Origin: Alphaproteobacteria bacterium | Lineage (GTDB): Bacteria > Pseudomonadota > Alphaproteobacteria > UBA6615 | NCBI GenBank assembly: GCA_002727315.1 | Contig: PBWR01000009.1 | Span: 29,532-93,531 of the forward strand | Direction of reading: 5' to 3' | DNA: 64,000 nucleotides | Shown: one piece after another, positions 19,557 through 30,497 of the stretch | How positions within the stretch are numbered: position 1 is the first letter of the stretch | Layout: each line of letters opens with the position of its first letter | The notes under the pieces: generated by a model | The model's input: the letters and a program-made list of their open reading frames with translations, nothing else | Told to the model about the DNA's origin: nothing | The model's database searches: none | Translations under genes and position numbers: made by a program

Positions 19557-19910
19557 CTACTGCGGCGTCCAGGGTTCGTAGTCGCCGGTCCCGCGCCTGC
19601 GTTCGCCGTCGCGCAAGACACTTCCCGGCGGGCGATATGCCGCACGGGTGCCGGTCAGGTTGGGCACATGTTCCTGCTGCCAGTCATGGCGCTGGTCCTC
19701 GTCCAAGGGTGCCTCCGTCATGTGATGCAGCCAGCTGTGCCACTCCGGCGGCACCTTGCTCGCCTCCGGCCGGCCCTTGTAGACCACCCAGCGCCGTTCA
19801 CGGCTGTCGCCACCGCGCGCACGGCCCTTGTAGTACCGGTTTTCATACTTGTCGGTGCCGACAAGCTGGCCGGAAATCATGGTTTTGAGAAGCGTACCCA
19901 ACGTTGCCAT
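19557..19910 (-). CDS. NADH:ubiquinone oxidoreductase subunit NDUFA12-like protein
   Basis: GTDKYENRYYKG...RRWVVYKG...EASKVPPEWHSWLHH. The ATG at 19910 (MATLGTLLK) fits the usual family length. Confidence 0.8.
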   Translation of the reverse strand: MATLGTLLKTMISGQLVGTDKYENRYYKGRARGGDSRERRWVVYKGRPEASKVPPEWHSWLHHMTEAPLDEDQRHDWQQEHVPNLTGTRAAYRPPGSVLRDGERRRGTGDYEPWTPQ

Positions 19911-20054
19911 GGAGCGTCCGAATCCCTCGATGCGCAGGCGTTCGGACGGACTATGGCACCGGCCAAAGGGTTTGGCCAGAGTCATGATGCCCCAAGGTTC
20001 ACGCCGCCAATCCGCCCCGAAACACACCTTGGATAGATGAAACGCCGCCCTCAG

Positions 20055-20120
20055 ACACAAAATATGGTTGCGGCGCAAATATCTTGTGGTTTACCGTCGT
20101 AAATTGCCGATATTTAGTGT
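20055..20120 (+). promoter_or_regulatory. Candidate NrdR-box cluster upstream of nrdJ
   Basis: Three 16-mers resemble the NrdR box as I recall it (acaCwAnATnTwGtgt): acacaaaatatggttg (20055), cgcaaatatcttgtgg (20074, weak left half) and tgccgatatttagtgt (20105). The second and third are 31 bp apart. Confidence 0.45.
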
Positions 20121-20257
20121 TTTTTGTGATGTCTGTCACACAAACGACTTAGACTCGGCGGGGGCTGCCCACGGCGAATGTTTTGGCAAAAACGGCGCAG
20201 CCACCCTGGCTCAATTTGTTCCGACGCGCACAGCATGCGTCGGTTTTGGGAGGATAA

Positions 20258-23200
20258 ATGCGGATCGAACGCCGCTTTACGAGTGAAGGCGAAAATCCAT
20301 ACGCCGAGGTCGAGTTTCGGACGACGTCGAGTGAAATCCGAAACCCAGACGGATCGGTGGTGTTTTCCGCCGACGATATCGTCGTGCCCGCGGCCTGGAC
20401 CCAGGTCGCCTGCGATATCCTGGCGCAGAAATATTTCCGCAAGGCCGGCGTGCCGACACGCCTCAAGGCCGTCGAGGAAGAGGACGTCCCCGAGTTTCTC
20501 TGGCGCCACGAGCCCGATGAATCGAAGCTGAAGCGGCTGGGCGCAGACAAGCGCACGAGCGGTGAGACGGATGCACGGCAGGTGTTCGACCGGTTGGCCG
20601 GTACCTGGGCCTATTGGGGCTGGAAAGGCGGCTATTTCGACAGCGCCGAGGATGCCAGCGCCTACTACGATGAAATGCGTTATATGCTGGCCTGCCAGAT
20701 GGCAGCGCCGAACAGCCCGCAATGGTTCAACACGGGCCTGCACTGGGCCTATGGCATCGACGGCCCCGGCCAGGGGCACCACTATGTGGACTACCAGACG
20801 GGCCGCCTGACGAAATCGAAAAGCGCCTATGAGCACCCCCAGCCCCACGCCTGTTTCATCCAGTCCGTCTCCGACGACCTGGTGAACGATGGCGGCATCA
20901 TGGATCTCTGGATCCGTGAAGCGCGTTTGTTCAAGTACGGCTCGGGCACGGGGTCCAACTTCTCCCATATTCGCGGAGAGAATGAGCCGCTGTCGGGCGG
21001 CGGACGCTCGTCGGGCCTGATGAGCTTTCTCAAGATCGGCGACCGTGCGGCGGGCGCCATCAAGTCCGGCGGCACCACCCGGCGCGCCGCCAAGATGGTC
21101 GTGGTCGATGTCGATCATCCCGACATCGAGGCCTATATCGACTGGAAGGTCATCGAGGAGCAGAAGGTCGCGGCTCTGGTGACCGGCTCGATCACCTGCC
21201 AGACCCACCTCACCGCCATCATGGCCGCCTGCCATGACACCGATACGCCCGATAGCGACGAGCGGTTCGAACCGGCGGAGAATCCGGCGCTGAAGAAGGC
21301 GATCCGGGCCGCCCGGAAAGCCATGGTCCCCGACAATTACGCCCAGCGCGTGATTCAGTTCGCGCGCCAGGGAATCAAGGAAATCACTTTCCCGACCTAC
21401 GACACGGACTGGGATTCCGAGGCCTATCGGACCGTCTCGGGCCAAAATTCGAACAACTCGGTGCGCGTCACGGACGACTTCCTGAAGGCGGTCGAGGATG
21501 GCGGCAGCTGGGATCTGCGGCAGCGGATCGACGGCGGGGTCGCCAAGACCGTCGATGCGGGGGAATTGTGGCACAAGATTTCTCACGCCGCCTGGTCGTG
21601 CGCCGACCCTGGCATCCAGTACGACACCACCATCAACGATTGGCACACCTGTCCGGAGTCGGGTCGAATCAACGCTTCGAACCCGTGTTCGGAATACATG
21701 TTCCTGGACGACACCGCGTGCAATCTGGCGTCGCTCAACCTGATGACGTTCCGGGAGCGCGATGGCGCGTTCGATGTCGACGGGTTCGAACATGCGGTGC
21801 GCCTTTGGACGGTGACGCTGGAAATCTCGGTCCTGATGGCCCAGTTCCCGTCCAAGGAGATCGCGCGCCTCAGCTACGAGTTCCGCACCCTCGGTCTCGG
21901 CTACGCCAATATCGGCGGCCTGCTGATGGCCTCGGGCCTGTCCTACGACAGCGATGAGGGGCGCGCACTGTGCGCCTCAATCACCGCCCTGATGACCGGT
22001 ACCTGCTATGCAACCTCGGCCGAGATGGCCGAACAGCTCGGCGCGTTTCCCGGTTACAAAAAGAACGCCAACGCGATGCTGCGGGTGATCCGCAACCATC
22101 GCCGCGCCGCCCACGGCAAAGCCAGCAGCTACGAAGATTTGTCGACCCTCCCGGTGCCGCTGGATGCAGCGAACTGCCCGGAATCGGCGATTGTCGACGC
22201 CGCGCAGCGGGCCTGGGACCGCGCGCTGGAACTGGGCGAGGCCCATGGCTATCGCAACGCCCAGGTTTCGGTCATCGCGCCCACGGGCACGATCGGCCTG
22301 GTGATGGACTGCGACACCACGGGCATCGAACCCGACTTCGCACTGGTCAAATTCAAGAAGCTCGCCGGCGGCGGTTACTTCAAGATCATCAACCGGATGG
22401 TGCCGGAGGCCCTGCAGGGCCTGGGCTACACGCCGAAGCAGATCGACGAGATAGCCGGTTATGCCGTGGGTCACGGTTCGCTGGCCGATGCGCCGTTCAT
22501 CAATCACGCGAGCCTGGCCGAGAAGGGCTTCGGCGACGACCAGATCGCGCTGGTAGAGGAAGGCCTGGGCACGGCCTTCGATATCCGCTTCGCGTTCAAC
22601 AAATGGACCCTGGGCGAAGCCTTCTGCACCGAGACGCTGGGGCTGGATGCCGAACAGCTCGATGATCTGTCCTTCGACATGCTGACCGCGCTCGGCTTCA
22701 CCGAGGGGCAGATCGCCGAGGCCAACAATCATGCCTGCGGCACCATGACGCTCGAAGGTGCACCGCATCTAAAGGACGAACATCTGCCGGTCTTCGACTG
22801 CGCCAACCCGTGCGGCAAGATCGGCAAGCGCTTCCTGTCGGTCGACAGTCATATTCGCATGATGGCCGCAGCCCAGCCGTTCATCTCGGGTGCGATCTCG
22901 AAGACCATCAACATGCCGAACACGGCCAATATCGGCGATTGCGCCGACGCCTACATGCTGTCCTGGAAACTGGGCATCAAGGCCAATGCGCTCTACCGCG
23001 ACGGCTCGAAGCTCAGCCAGCCGCTGCAGTCGCAGCTTCTGGCCGATGACGGCGATGAGGCCGAAGACGCGCTCGACGAACTGCTCGAGGCGCCGAATGG
23101 CCGGCGCGCGGAAATCGTCGCGGAACGCATTGTCGAACGGGTCATCGAGCGCGAAGCCGCAGCGCGCCAGAAACTGCCTCACCGGCGCAAGGGCTATACT

Positions 23201-23944
23201 CAGAAAGCCATCGTCGGCGGCCACAAGGTCTATATCCGCACCGGCGAATATGACGACGGGTCCATCGGCGAGGTCTTCCTCGACATGCACAAGGAAGGCG
23301 CGGCCTTCCGTTCGCTGATGAACAACTTCGCGATCGCTGTCTCGATCGGGCTGCAGTATGGCGTGCCGCTCGAGGAATTCGTCGATGCCTATACCTTCAC
23401 CCGTTTCGAGCCGTCGGGCCCGGTCGAGGGGAACGAGACCATCAAGATGGCGAGTTCGATCCTCGATTACATCTTCCGGGAACTGGCGATCAGCTATCTG
23501 GGCCGCAACGATCTCGCCCATGTTGAGATCGACGATCTGGAGCCCGACACGATGGGCCGCGGTGAATCCGACGACAGTCTGCCGCCGACCACCGCGTCGG
23601 GCGGATCGGTGGTGAGCACGGGCTATGTGCGCAAAAGCACCCTGTCGGTGATCGAGGGTGGACGCCAGGAGCTGGAGACCGTCGAGCCGGCACCCGAGGC
23701 GAGCACCGAGGCGACGGGCACCGACGGTCTGGCCGAGGCGGTGGTCACCCCGATGGCCACGCCGGGCGGCCACCAACTCGATCTGGAATACGTGGTCCAG
23801 GAAGAGCGCTCGATGCGCATCCGCCAGGCACGGCTGCAAGGCTATGAAGGCGATGCGTGCACCGAGTGCGGCAATTTCACTCTCGTGAGGAACGGAACAT
23901 GTCTTAAATGCGACACCTGCGGCGGTACCAGCGGGTGTAGCTAA
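20258..23944 (+). CDS. nrdJ: Vitamin B12-dependent (class II) ribonucleotide reductase, long form
   Basis: 1228 aa with full-length NrdJ-like sequence and a Cys-rich C-terminal tail ([28 protein letters not shown]). A strong SD (GGGAGGA) precedes the ATG. Confidence 0.95.
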   Translation: MRIERRFTSEGENPYAEVEFRTTSSEIRNPDGSVVFSADDIVVPAAWTQVACDILAQKYFRKAGVPTRLKAVEEEDVPEFLWRHEPDESKLKRLGADKRTSGETDARQVFDRLAGTWAYWGWKGGYFDSAEDASAYYDEMRYMLACQMAAPNSPQWFNTGLHWAYGIDGPGQGHHYVDYQTGRLTKSKSAYEHPQPHACFIQSVSDDLVNDGGIMDLWIREARLFKYGSGTGSNFSHIRGENEPLSGGGRSSGLMSFLKIGDRAAGAIKSGGTTRRAAKMVVVDVDHPDIEAYIDWKVIEEQKVAALVTGSITCQTHLTAIMAACHDTDTPDSDERFEPAENPALKKAIRAARKAMVPDNYAQRVIQFARQGIKEITFPTYDTDWDSEAYRTVSGQNSNNSVRVTDDFLKAVEDGGSWDLRQRIDGGVAKTVDAGELWHKISHAAWSCADPGIQYDTTINDWHTCPESGRINASNPCSEYMFLDDTACNLASLNLMTFRERDGAFDVDGFEHAVRLWTVTLEISVLMAQFPSKEIARLSYEFRTLGLGYANIGGLLMASGLSYDSDEGRALCASITALMTGTCYATSAEMAEQLGAFPGYKKNANAMLRVIRNHRRAAHGKASSYEDLSTLPVPLDAANCPESAIVDAAQRAWDRALELGEAHGYRNAQVSVIAPTGTIGLVMDCDTTGIEPDFALVKFKKLAGGGYFKIINRMVPEALQGLGYTPKQIDEIAGYAVGHGSLADAPFINHASLAEKGFGDDQIALVEEGLGTAFDIRFAFNKWTLGEAFCTETLGLDAEQLDDLSFDMLTALGFTEGQIAEANNHACGTMTLEGAPHLKDEHLPVFDCANPCGKIGKRFLSVDSHIRMMAAAQPFISGAISKTINMPNTANIGDCADAYMLSWKLGIKANALYRDGSKLSQPLQSQLLADDGDEAEDALDELLEAPNGRRAEIVAERIVERVIEREAAARQKLPHRRKGYTQKAIVGGHKVYIRTGEYDDGSIGEVFLDMHKEGAAFRSLMNNFAIAVSIGLQYGVPLEEFVDAYTFTRFEPSGPVEGNETIKMASSILDYIFRELAISYLGRNDLAHVEIDDLEPDTMGRGESDDSLPPTTASGGSVVSTGYVRKSTLSVIEGGRQELETVEPAPEASTEATGTDGLAEAVVTPMATPGGHQLDLEYVVQEERSMRIRQARLQGYEGDACTECGNFTLVRNGTCLKCDTCGGTSGCS

Positions 23945-24034
23945 GGAATTCGGGCCGGGCCGGACCCCTATGGCCCGAATGGTCGACCCCACGTCAGTCC
24001 GCTTGACGACGGGTCACACTCTCCTCCCTGACCT

Positions 24035-24071
24035 CCGGGGTGTGCAAAGGTAGGCGCACCCCGGTTTTTTT
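24035..24071 (+). terminator. Rho-independent terminator of nrdJ
   Basis: 11-bp stem CCGGGGTGTGC / GCGCACCCCGG (one G-U pair), an 8-nt loop, then T7 (24065-24071). Confidence 0.85.
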
Positions 24072-24171
24072 ATCTGAATTAGGGCCTATTTCTTAATCCG
24101 TGGCCGCCGCAACGTTATGGTGTGGCGCACGCCAGAGTTTTCGCACACGGACATGACAGGAGCATGAAACC

Positions 24172-24639
24172 ATGGCCGGCACCATCGACGCGCGCCTCGC
24201 CGAGCTCGGGATCGAAATCCCTCCCGCCAACGTTCCCGCCGGAAACTACGTTCCCTACGTCCAGACCGGCGATCTGCTGTTCATTTCCGGGCAGATCCCC
24301 ATGGTCGACGGAAAGCCGGGTTTCGTCGGCCGGCTCGGGGACGAGTTCAGCGCCGAGGAAGGCGCCGAAGCAACCCGCGTGTGTGCGCTGGCCATCCTCG
24401 CCCAGGCCCGCGAAGCGCTCGGTGGTGATCTCGACCGGATCACGCGTGTCGTGAAACTCACCGGCTTCGTGGCCTCCACGCCCGAGTTCACGGGGCAACC
24501 GACCGTCGTCAACGGAGCGTCCGACCTGTTCGGAGAGATCTTCGGCGAGGCCGGCCGTCATGCCCGCGCTGCGGTCGGAATGGCGTCCCTGCCGGCCGGT
24601 GTCGCAGTCGAAGTCGAGGCGATCCTCGAAATCCGCTAG
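24172..24639 (+). CDS. RidA/YjgF/UK114-family protein
   Basis: 155 aa, LLFISGQIP...AAVGMASLPAGVAVEVEAILEI. SD AGGAG lies 9 nt upstream. Confidence 0.85.
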   Translation: MAGTIDARLAELGIEIPPANVPAGNYVPYVQTGDLLFISGQIPMVDGKPGFVGRLGDEFSAEEGAEATRVCALAILAQAREALGGDLDRITRVVKLTGFVASTPEFTGQPTVVNGASDLFGEIFGEAGRHARAAVGMASLPAGVAVEVEAILEIR

Positions 24640-25570
24640 GCCCGGTTCAATCGGCGTTCATCACTCCCACGGCCCGCGCCCGCCCGACACGCCGGGCGGC
24701 GACCGTCGGCTCGCAGTCGCGATCGCCGTCAATGTCCTGCTGACGGTGGCACAGATCGTGGGCGGCGTGTTCTCGGGATCGCTGGCCCTGATCGCGGACG
24801 CCATTCACAACCTGTCCGACGCCGCGGCGCTGGCCATCACCCTGATCGCGCGGCGGATTGCGCGCCAGCCCGCCGATTCAAACCACACCTACGGCCACGG
24901 ACGGGCCGAAATGATCGGCGCGTTCTTCAATCTCTCCTGGTTGATCTTCATCGGCTTGTTCCTGATCGTCGAGGCGGTCGACCGGCTGCTCGACCCGCAA
25001 CTGGTGAAAGGCTGGACCGTCGTGATCATCGGCGGTATCGCGCTGGCGGTGGACGTGGTGACCGCGATGCTGACCTTCGCCATGGCGCGCCATTCCATGA
25101 ACATTCGCGCCGCGTTCATCCACAACCTGTCGGACGCGCTAGCCTCGGTGGGCGTGATTGTCGGCGGCACCCTGATCATCCTCAAGGGCTGGCTGTTCGT
25201 CGATGCGATCGTCACCCTCGTCATCGCGGGATACATCCTGGTCCATGCCGGGTTCGAGATACCCAGGGCCGTGCACATCCTGATGCAGGGCGTGCCCGAG
25301 GATATCGAGCTGGCCGATGTTACCGACGCCATGCTGGCCGTCCCAGGCGTCCACGACATTCATCACGTGCATATCTGGCATATCGACGAACACCGGCGCT
25401 CACTCGAATCCCATGTGGTTGTCGACCCGGTCGATATGGACCGGATGGAGGAGATCAAGGCGGCGATCAAGAAATTGCTCGCCGAACGGTTCGCGATCGG
25501 CCACTCGACCCTGGAGTTCGAGTATCCCGGACGCGGCGAGGGGCTTGGTGCCGCCGCACGCGAGGATTAG
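24560..25570 (+). CDS. Cation diffusion facilitator family metal efflux transporter (CzcD-like)
   Basis: Six TM segments, metal-site motifs ADAIHNLSD and FIHNLSD, His-rich N-terminus (HHSH) and a C-terminal cytoplasmic domain. The start is uncertain: ATG at 24560 or GTG at 24599, both inside the preceding gene. Confidence 0.8.
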   Translation: MPALRSEWRPCRPVSQSKSRRSSKSARPGSIGVHHSHGPRPPDTPGGDRRLAVAIAVNVLLTVAQIVGGVFSGSLALIADAIHNLSDAAALAITLIARRIARQPADSNHTYGHGRAEMIGAFFNLSWLIFIGLFLIVEAVDRLLDPQLVKGWTVVIIGGIALAVDVVTAMLTFAMARHSMNIRAAFIHNLSDALASVGVIVGGTLIILKGWLFVDAIVTLVIAGYILVHAGFEIPRAVHILMQGVPEDIELADVTDAMLAVPGVHDIHHVHIWHIDEHRRSLESHVVVDPVDMDRMEEIKAAIKKLLAERFAIGHSTLEFEYPGRGEGLGAAARED

Positions 25571-25579
25571 ACTGACGCC

Positions 25580-26740
25580 ATGCCCGACGGAGACACAGCA
25601 CTTTCCGCCCGCGTCTTCGAGAATATCTCGAACATTCCGCCCGACACTTGGGAGACCCTGGCCGGACCGGACAATCCGTTTGTCGGCTATCCGTTCCTGC
25701 TAGCTCTAGAGGAGACCGGCTGCGCGTCCAACGAAACCGGCTGGCTGCCCCAGCATGTCGTGGTCGAGGAAGCCAACGGCAATATAATCGCCGTCGCGCC
25801 CTGTTACCTGAAGAGTCATTCCCAAGGCGAATACGTGTTCGACCATGGCTGGGCCCATGCCTGGGAGCGCGCGGGCGGACGCTACTATCCGAAAATGCAG
25901 GTGGCCGCTCCCTTCTCGCCGGTCGGCGGCCCGCGCCTGCTGGCTGGCAGTGGGCCGAACAGCGACGATGCGCGCCTGACCCTGCTGCGCGCGCTCGAGA
26001 CCATCTGCCAGAAGCTGGAACTGTCCTCGGTGCATGTCACCTTCGCGACCGAGCGCGACTACGACATCATGAGCCTGGCCGGCTGGATCCAGCGGGTCGG
26101 CCGTCAATTCCACTGGCACAATCGCGACTACGAGACCTTCGAGGATTTCCTGGCCGCGCTGACCAGCCGCAAGCGCAAGATGATCCGCAAGGAACGCCGC
26201 CAGGTCGACGAACAGGGCATCACGGTGCACGCCCTGTCGGGCGACGACATCAAATCCCACCACTGGGATGCGTTCTATCAATTCTACGTCGACACTTATG
26301 ACCGCAAGTGGGGCTACCCCTACCTAACCCGCGAATTCTTCGAAGCAGCCCAGGACCGGATGGGCGAGCGGATCGTGCTCGTGATGGCGGACATGGACGG
26401 CCTGCCCGTCGCCGGTGCCCTGAACCTGCGCGGCACGAGTGCGCTCTACGGGCGCAACTGGGGCTGCCTCGGCGACTTTCGGTTCCTGCACTTCGAGGCC
26501 TGCTACTACAAGGCCATCGAGTTCGCGATCGACAACGGCCTTTCGACAGTCGAGGCGGGCACGCAAGGCCCCCACAAGATCCAGCGTGGCTACGAGCCAG
26601 TGCAGACTTACTCCGGCCACTTTATCCCGAACGAAGGCTTCCGCGACGCGGTCGAGCGCTTCTGCCGCGAGGAAGAGCGCGAAGTGGAGTGGGAAATGGA
26701 GAATTACGCCGAGCACCTGCCCTACCGGCAGGAGGACTGA
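25580..26740 (+). CDS. FemAB-like GNAT acyltransferase family protein (DUF482/PF04339 type)
   Basis: 386 aa. NPFVGYPFLLALEETGC...GWLPQHVVV...YYKAIEFAI pattern is as I recall for this family. Confidence 0.7.
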   Translation: MPDGDTALSARVFENISNIPPDTWETLAGPDNPFVGYPFLLALEETGCASNETGWLPQHVVVEEANGNIIAVAPCYLKSHSQGEYVFDHGWAHAWERAGGRYYPKMQVAAPFSPVGGPRLLAGSGPNSDDARLTLLRALETICQKLELSSVHVTFATERDYDIMSLAGWIQRVGRQFHWHNRDYETFEDFLAALTSRKRKMIRKERRQVDEQGITVHALSGDDIKSHHWDAFYQFYVDTYDRKWGYPYLTREFFEAAQDRMGERIVLVMADMDGLPVAGALNLRGTSALYGRNWGCLGDFRFLHFEACYYKAIEFAIDNGLSTVEAGTQGPHKIQRGYEPVQTYSGHFIPNEGFRDAVERFCREEEREVEWEMENYAEHLPYRQED

Positions 26741-26743
26741 AAC

Positions 26744-29125
26744 CTACTTCTCGACGAGCGCAGGCTCCTTGCCGCTGTCCGCACCGCCATCGTCGGAATC
26801 GTCCTTCGTCGGCTTCTTGCGTGACTTGCCCGACCCGCCGCCCTTGCGACCCTTCTTGGATGACGCCTTGTCCTCCTCGAACGAGAGGCTCAACTCACCC
26901 TTCGTGACACCGACACTCACCGTGCCACCCTTGGTCAGCTTGCCGAACAGGAGTTCCTCGGCGAGCGGTTGCTTGAGGTGTTCCTGGATGACACGAGTCA
27001 GCGGCCGGGCGCCGAACAACGGGTCGTAGCCCTTCTTCGACAACCATGTGCGGGCCGCATCGTTGAGCACGATGGTCACATCACGGTCGCCGAGCTGGGC
27101 CTCAAGCTGCATCACGAACTTGTCGACCACTCGGCCTATGACATCGGGCGACAGGTTGTTGAACCCGATCACGGCGTCGAGACGATTTCGGAACTCCGGC
27201 GTGAACATCCGATTGATGGCTTCCTCGTCATCGCCTTCGCGCACGCCTGAGCCGAAGCCCATGGCCGGCTTGGCCATGTCGGCCGCGCCCGCATTTGTGG
27301 TCATGATCAGGATGACGTTGCGGAAGTCCACATTCTTGCCGTTGTGGTCTGTCAGCTTCCCGTAGTCCATCACCTGCAACAGGATGTTGAACAGGTCGGG
27401 ATGGGCCTTCTCGATCTCGTCGAGCAGCAGCACCGAATGGGGGTTCTGGTCCACGGCGTCGGTCAACAGGCCGCCCTGGTCGAACCCGACATAGCCAGGC
27501 GGCGCACCGATCAGGCGAGAGACCGAATGGCGCTCCATGTATTCCGACATATCGAAACGGGTAAGCTCGATCCCGAGAGACCGGGCCAGTTGGCGCGCGG
27601 CCTCGGTCTTGCCGACGCCGGTCGGGCCCGAGAACAAATAGGCACCGATGGGCTTCTCGGGTTCGCGCAGGCCCGCACGCGCCAGCTTGATGGCACTCGA
27701 CAGGGCAGTGATCGCCTTGTCCTGGCCGAACACCATGGTCTTGAGGTCGCGTTCGAGATTTTCCAGGGCCGTCTTGTCGTCGCGGCTGACGGATTTCGGG
27801 GGGATGCGCGCGATCTTGGCGACCACGGCTTCCACATCCTTCACGCCGACGGTCTTCTTGCGTTTCGACGGCGACAGAAGCGACTGGGCCGCGCCCGTCT
27901 CGTCGATCACATCAATGGCGCTGTCCGGCAGCTTGCGGTCGCCGACATAGCGCGCCGACAGCTCGACCGCGGTGCGGATCGCCTGCTCGGTGTACCGGAT
28001 ATCGTGATGCTTCTCGTAATAGGGCTTCAGGCCGCGCAAAATCTTGACCGTGTCCTCGACCGACGGCTCGTACACGTCAATCTTCTGGAACCGGCGCACC
28101 AGTGCACGGTCCTTCTCGAAATAGTTGCGGTATTCCTTGTAGGTGGTCGAGCCGATGCAACGCAGCTTGCCGCTGGCGAGCGCCGGCTTCAGCAGGTTGG
28201 ACGCATCCATGGCGCCGCCCGATGTGGCGCCGGCGCCGATCACGGTGTGGATCTCGTCGATGAACAGAACCGCACCCTCGGTCTCCTCAAGCTCGGTAAT
28301 CACCGCCTTGAGGCGTTCCTCGAAGTCGCCGCGATAGCGCGTGCCCGCCAGCAGCGCGCCCATATCGAGCGCAAAGATCGTCGCGTCGGCAAGAACCTCG
28401 GGCACTTCGCCTTCGACGATGCGCTTGGCGAGGCCCTCGGCGATGGCCGTCTTGCCAACGCCCGGATCGCCCACATAAAGCGGGTTGTTCTTCGTCCGCC
28501 GGGCCAGAATCTGGATCGTCCGCTCAACCTCGAGTTCGCGCCCGATCAGCGGATCGATATCGCCGTCCTCGGCCTTCTGGTTGAGGTCGACGCAGTAGGC
28601 GCCCAGCGCCTCCTGACCCTTCTTGATGACGGGCTCGCCATCGATATCTTCTTCCTCGGCGCCGCGCACCGCACGGTTGCCTTCCTGGCCCGGCACCTTG
28701 GCGATGCCGTGGGAGATGTAGTTGACCGCATCCAGGCGCGTCATCTCCTGCTGCTGCAGGAAGTAGACGGCGTGGCTTTCACGTTCGGAGAAGATCGCGA
28801 CCAGCACGTTGGCACCCGTGACTTCTTCCCGACCGGACGACTGCACATGGATGGCAGCGCGCTGCAGCACCCGCTGGAACCCGGCCGTCGGCTTCGATTC
28901 CTCGGTCCTGCTGGTGATCAGGCTCGACAGTTCCTCATCGATATACTGGGACAGATCCCGGCGCAGATGGTCGATATCGACCCCGCAGGCCCGCAACACG
29001 GCCACCGCGTCCTGATCCTCGGTGAGTGACAGAAGCAGATGCTCGAGCGTCGCATACTCGTGGTGCCGCTCGTTTGCGAGCGCCAACGCACGGTGCAGAG
29101 ATTGTTCCAGGTTCTGGGACAGCAT
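26744..29125 (-). CDS. clpA: ATP-dependent Clp protease ATP-binding subunit ClpA
   Basis: N-domain, two AAA+ modules ([19 protein letters not shown]), and a basic/acidic C-terminal tail. clpS lies upstream. Confidence 0.95.
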   Translation of the reverse strand: MLSQNLEQSLHRALALANERHHEYATLEHLLLSLTEDQDAVAVLRACGVDIDHLRRDLSQYIDEELSSLITSRTEESKPTAGFQRVLQRAAIHVQSSGREEVTGANVLVAIFSERESHAVYFLQQQEMTRLDAVNYISHGIAKVPGQEGNRAVRGAEEEDIDGEPVIKKGQEALGAYCVDLNQKAEDGDIDPLIGRELEVERTIQILARRTKNNPLYVGDPGVGKTAIAEGLAKRIVEGEVPEVLADATIFALDMGALLAGTRYRGDFEERLKAVITELEETEGAVLFIDEIHTVIGAGATSGGAMDASNLLKPALASGKLRCIGSTTYKEYRNYFEKDRALVRRFQKIDVYEPSVEDTVKILRGLKPYYEKHHDIRYTEQAIRTAVELSARYVGDRKLPDSAIDVIDETGAAQSLLSPSKRKKTVGVKDVEAVVAKIARIPPKSVSRDDKTALENLERDLKTMVFGQDKAITALSSAIKLARAGLREPEKPIGAYLFSGPTGVGKTEAARQLARSLGIELTRFDMSEYMERHSVSRLIGAPPGYVGFDQGGLLTDAVDQNPHSVLLLDEIEKAHPDLFNILLQVMDYGKLTDHNGKNVDFRNVILIMTTNAGAADMAKPAMGFGSGVREGDDEEAINRMFTPEFRNRLDAVIGFNNLSPDVIGRVVDKFVMQLEAQLGDRDVTIVLNDAARTWLSKKGYDPLFGARPLTRVIQEHLKQPLAEELLFGKLTKGGTVSVGVTKGELSLSFEEDKASSKKGRKGGGSGKSRKKPTKDDSDDGGADSGKEPALVEK

Positions 29126-29188
29126 TTGTGAACGGTACCTTTCCCGTCAGGGCTTCGTCACTCGGTTACATCATCAAATAGTCGCGCG

Positions 29189-29578
29189 TTATTCCTTTTC
29201 GAGGGTGCATTGCAGCGGATGCTGGTGCTTGCGCGCAAAATCCATCACCTGCGTGACCTTGGTTTCTGCCACTTCGTAGGTAAACACACCGCAAACGCCG
29301 ACACCTTTCTGGTGAACGTGCAGCATGATCTTGATCGCTTCTTCGTGCTGTTTCTCGAAAAACCGTTCGAGGACCATCACCACGAATTCCATCGGCGTAT
29401 AGTCGTCGTTCAGCATCAGGACCTTGTACATGGACGGCTTTTTCGTCTTTGCACGGGTCTTGGTCGCAATCCCGGTGTTGCTGTCATTGCCGCCACCGAT
29501 CGCATCGTCCGAATCGTCGTCGGACGCACGCGGCGAATGCCCAGCATATTCATGCAACCCGTTGAGACTGCTTAACAT
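29189..29578 (-). CDS. clpS: ATP-dependent Clp protease adaptor ClpS
   Basis: [24 protein letters not shown] core. The ATG at 29578 gives 129 aa. Confidence 0.9.
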   Translation of the reverse strand: MLSSLNGLHEYAGHSPRASDDDSDDAIGGGNDSNTGIATKTRAKTKKPSMYKVLMLNDDYTPMEFVVMVLERFFEKQHEEAIKIMLHVHQKGVGVCGVFTYEVAETKVTQVMDFARKHQHPLQCTLEKE

Positions 29579-29700
29579 CCTACGTCTCGATATCCTTTGA
29601 ACCTCGGGTTCATTGTAGCCGAGCCCGGTGCGTTCGTGAATTCGTGGTGTGGAAGGCTTCGCCCTTATAATTGGGAGCCTGACGGGCGAAGACAAGGCTC

Positions 29701-29743
29701 CGAAAAGCAGACGGCCCGACCGCAAATCCCGGGCCGGGCCGTC
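29701..29743 (-). terminator. Probable terminator downstream of the phasin gene
   Basis: 9-bp stem GACGGCCCG (29710-29718) / CGGGCCGTC (29735-29743), followed on the minus strand by TGCTTTTCG. Confidence 0.5.
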
Positions 29744-29768
29744 AAACCGCTACGTAAAGGGAGGAGAG

Positions 29769-30224
29769 TTACGCGGCGATAGACTTTGAAAAGGTCTCAA
29801 CAGCCTTGTTGATGCGGTCGTTCAGAGGCTGCGCGGCTTCGTTGGAAACCTTGGTAGACATGTCCTGCAGCTTGCTCGATTCGGCGATGAAATCGTCGAA
29901 CACGGCCTTTACGAGCTCGGCCTGGAGGTCCAGGAACTCCTGCGGGTTCTTGACCGCGCTGAGCTTCTGGGCCGCTTCGATGTTGGCCTCGGCCGCCTTC
30001 TGGGCATAGGCAGAAAATTCCTTGCCGACCACTTCGGCGCCCTTGGCGACGATGTTGCCCGAAACGATCAGCGCCTCGGCGTTTTCACGGTTGAAATCGG
30101 TGATCTGGTCCATGTTCTCGAACGCGGACTTCTGGGCCTTGTCCAGCTGCTCACGCGCCTGGTTGTAGAACTGCTCGTAACTCTTGGCGAAAGCAGCGGT
30201 GCCGTTCTTTTTCGCGGTAGCCAT
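29769..30224 (-). CDS. Phasin-family (PHA granule-associated) protein
   Basis: 151 aa, all-helical and low complexity (FENMDQITDFNRENAEALIVSGNIVAKGAEVVGKEF), typical of alphaproteobacterial phasins. SD GGAAGG lies before the ATG at 30224. Confidence 0.8.
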   Translation of the reverse strand: MATAKKNGTAAFAKSYEQFYNQAREQLDKAQKSAFENMDQITDFNRENAEALIVSGNIVAKGAEVVGKEFSAYAQKAAEANIEAAQKLSAVKNPQEFLDLQAELVKAVFDDFIAESSKLQDMSTKVSNEAAQPLNDRINKAVETFSKSIAA

Positions 30225-30318
30225 CTCTGACCTTCCTTTCGATATCATGCGTTGCGTCGCACAAATTCCTATGGGTCGGCAGAACATGATGTCCAACCCC
30301 TTGTTATAATACATATGC

Positions 30319-30384
30319 TGCACTGCGTTATGACGCGAATATGGGGAAGGACCGGCCTAGTGTCAATGATTTTTTGTGCACTGC
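30319..30384 (-). promoter_or_regulatory. Repeated TGCACTGC motifs in the phasin upstream region (candidate PhaR-type operators)
   Basis: gcTGCACTGCg at 30319-30326 and the palindromic GTGCACTGCAC at 30376-30386. Both lie in an AT-rich 273-bp spacer, 95 and 153 nt upstream of the phasin ATG. Confidence 0.35.
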
Positions 30385-30497
30385 ACTATTTTTATTCGCA
30401 CTCGCGGTATCAGCGGGTCTCCGCGGGGTTCATGTGTGACAGAACCGCCGCCGTCGGCAGCGGACTCAGCTTTTCCGGTGCGAAATTCGCGGGTCGG

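Noticed and set aside
19911-20257. Possible cobalamin riboswitch in the nrdJ leader
   Set aside because: I could not find a B12-box-like core or the conserved paired regions. B12 riboswitches are expected on B12-independent RNR genes rather than on nrdJ. Running Infernal with the Rfam cobalamin model would settle it.
20114-21793. 559-aa ORF antisense to nrdJ
   Set aside because: Arg/Gly/Pro-rich product with no motifs. The opposite strand encodes an unmistakable full-length NrdJ. This is a typical high-GC shadow ORF.
27344-29029. 561-aa ORF antisense to clpA
   Set aside because: Same reasoning: ClpA Walker motifs are on the minus strand, and the plus-strand product is low-complexity.
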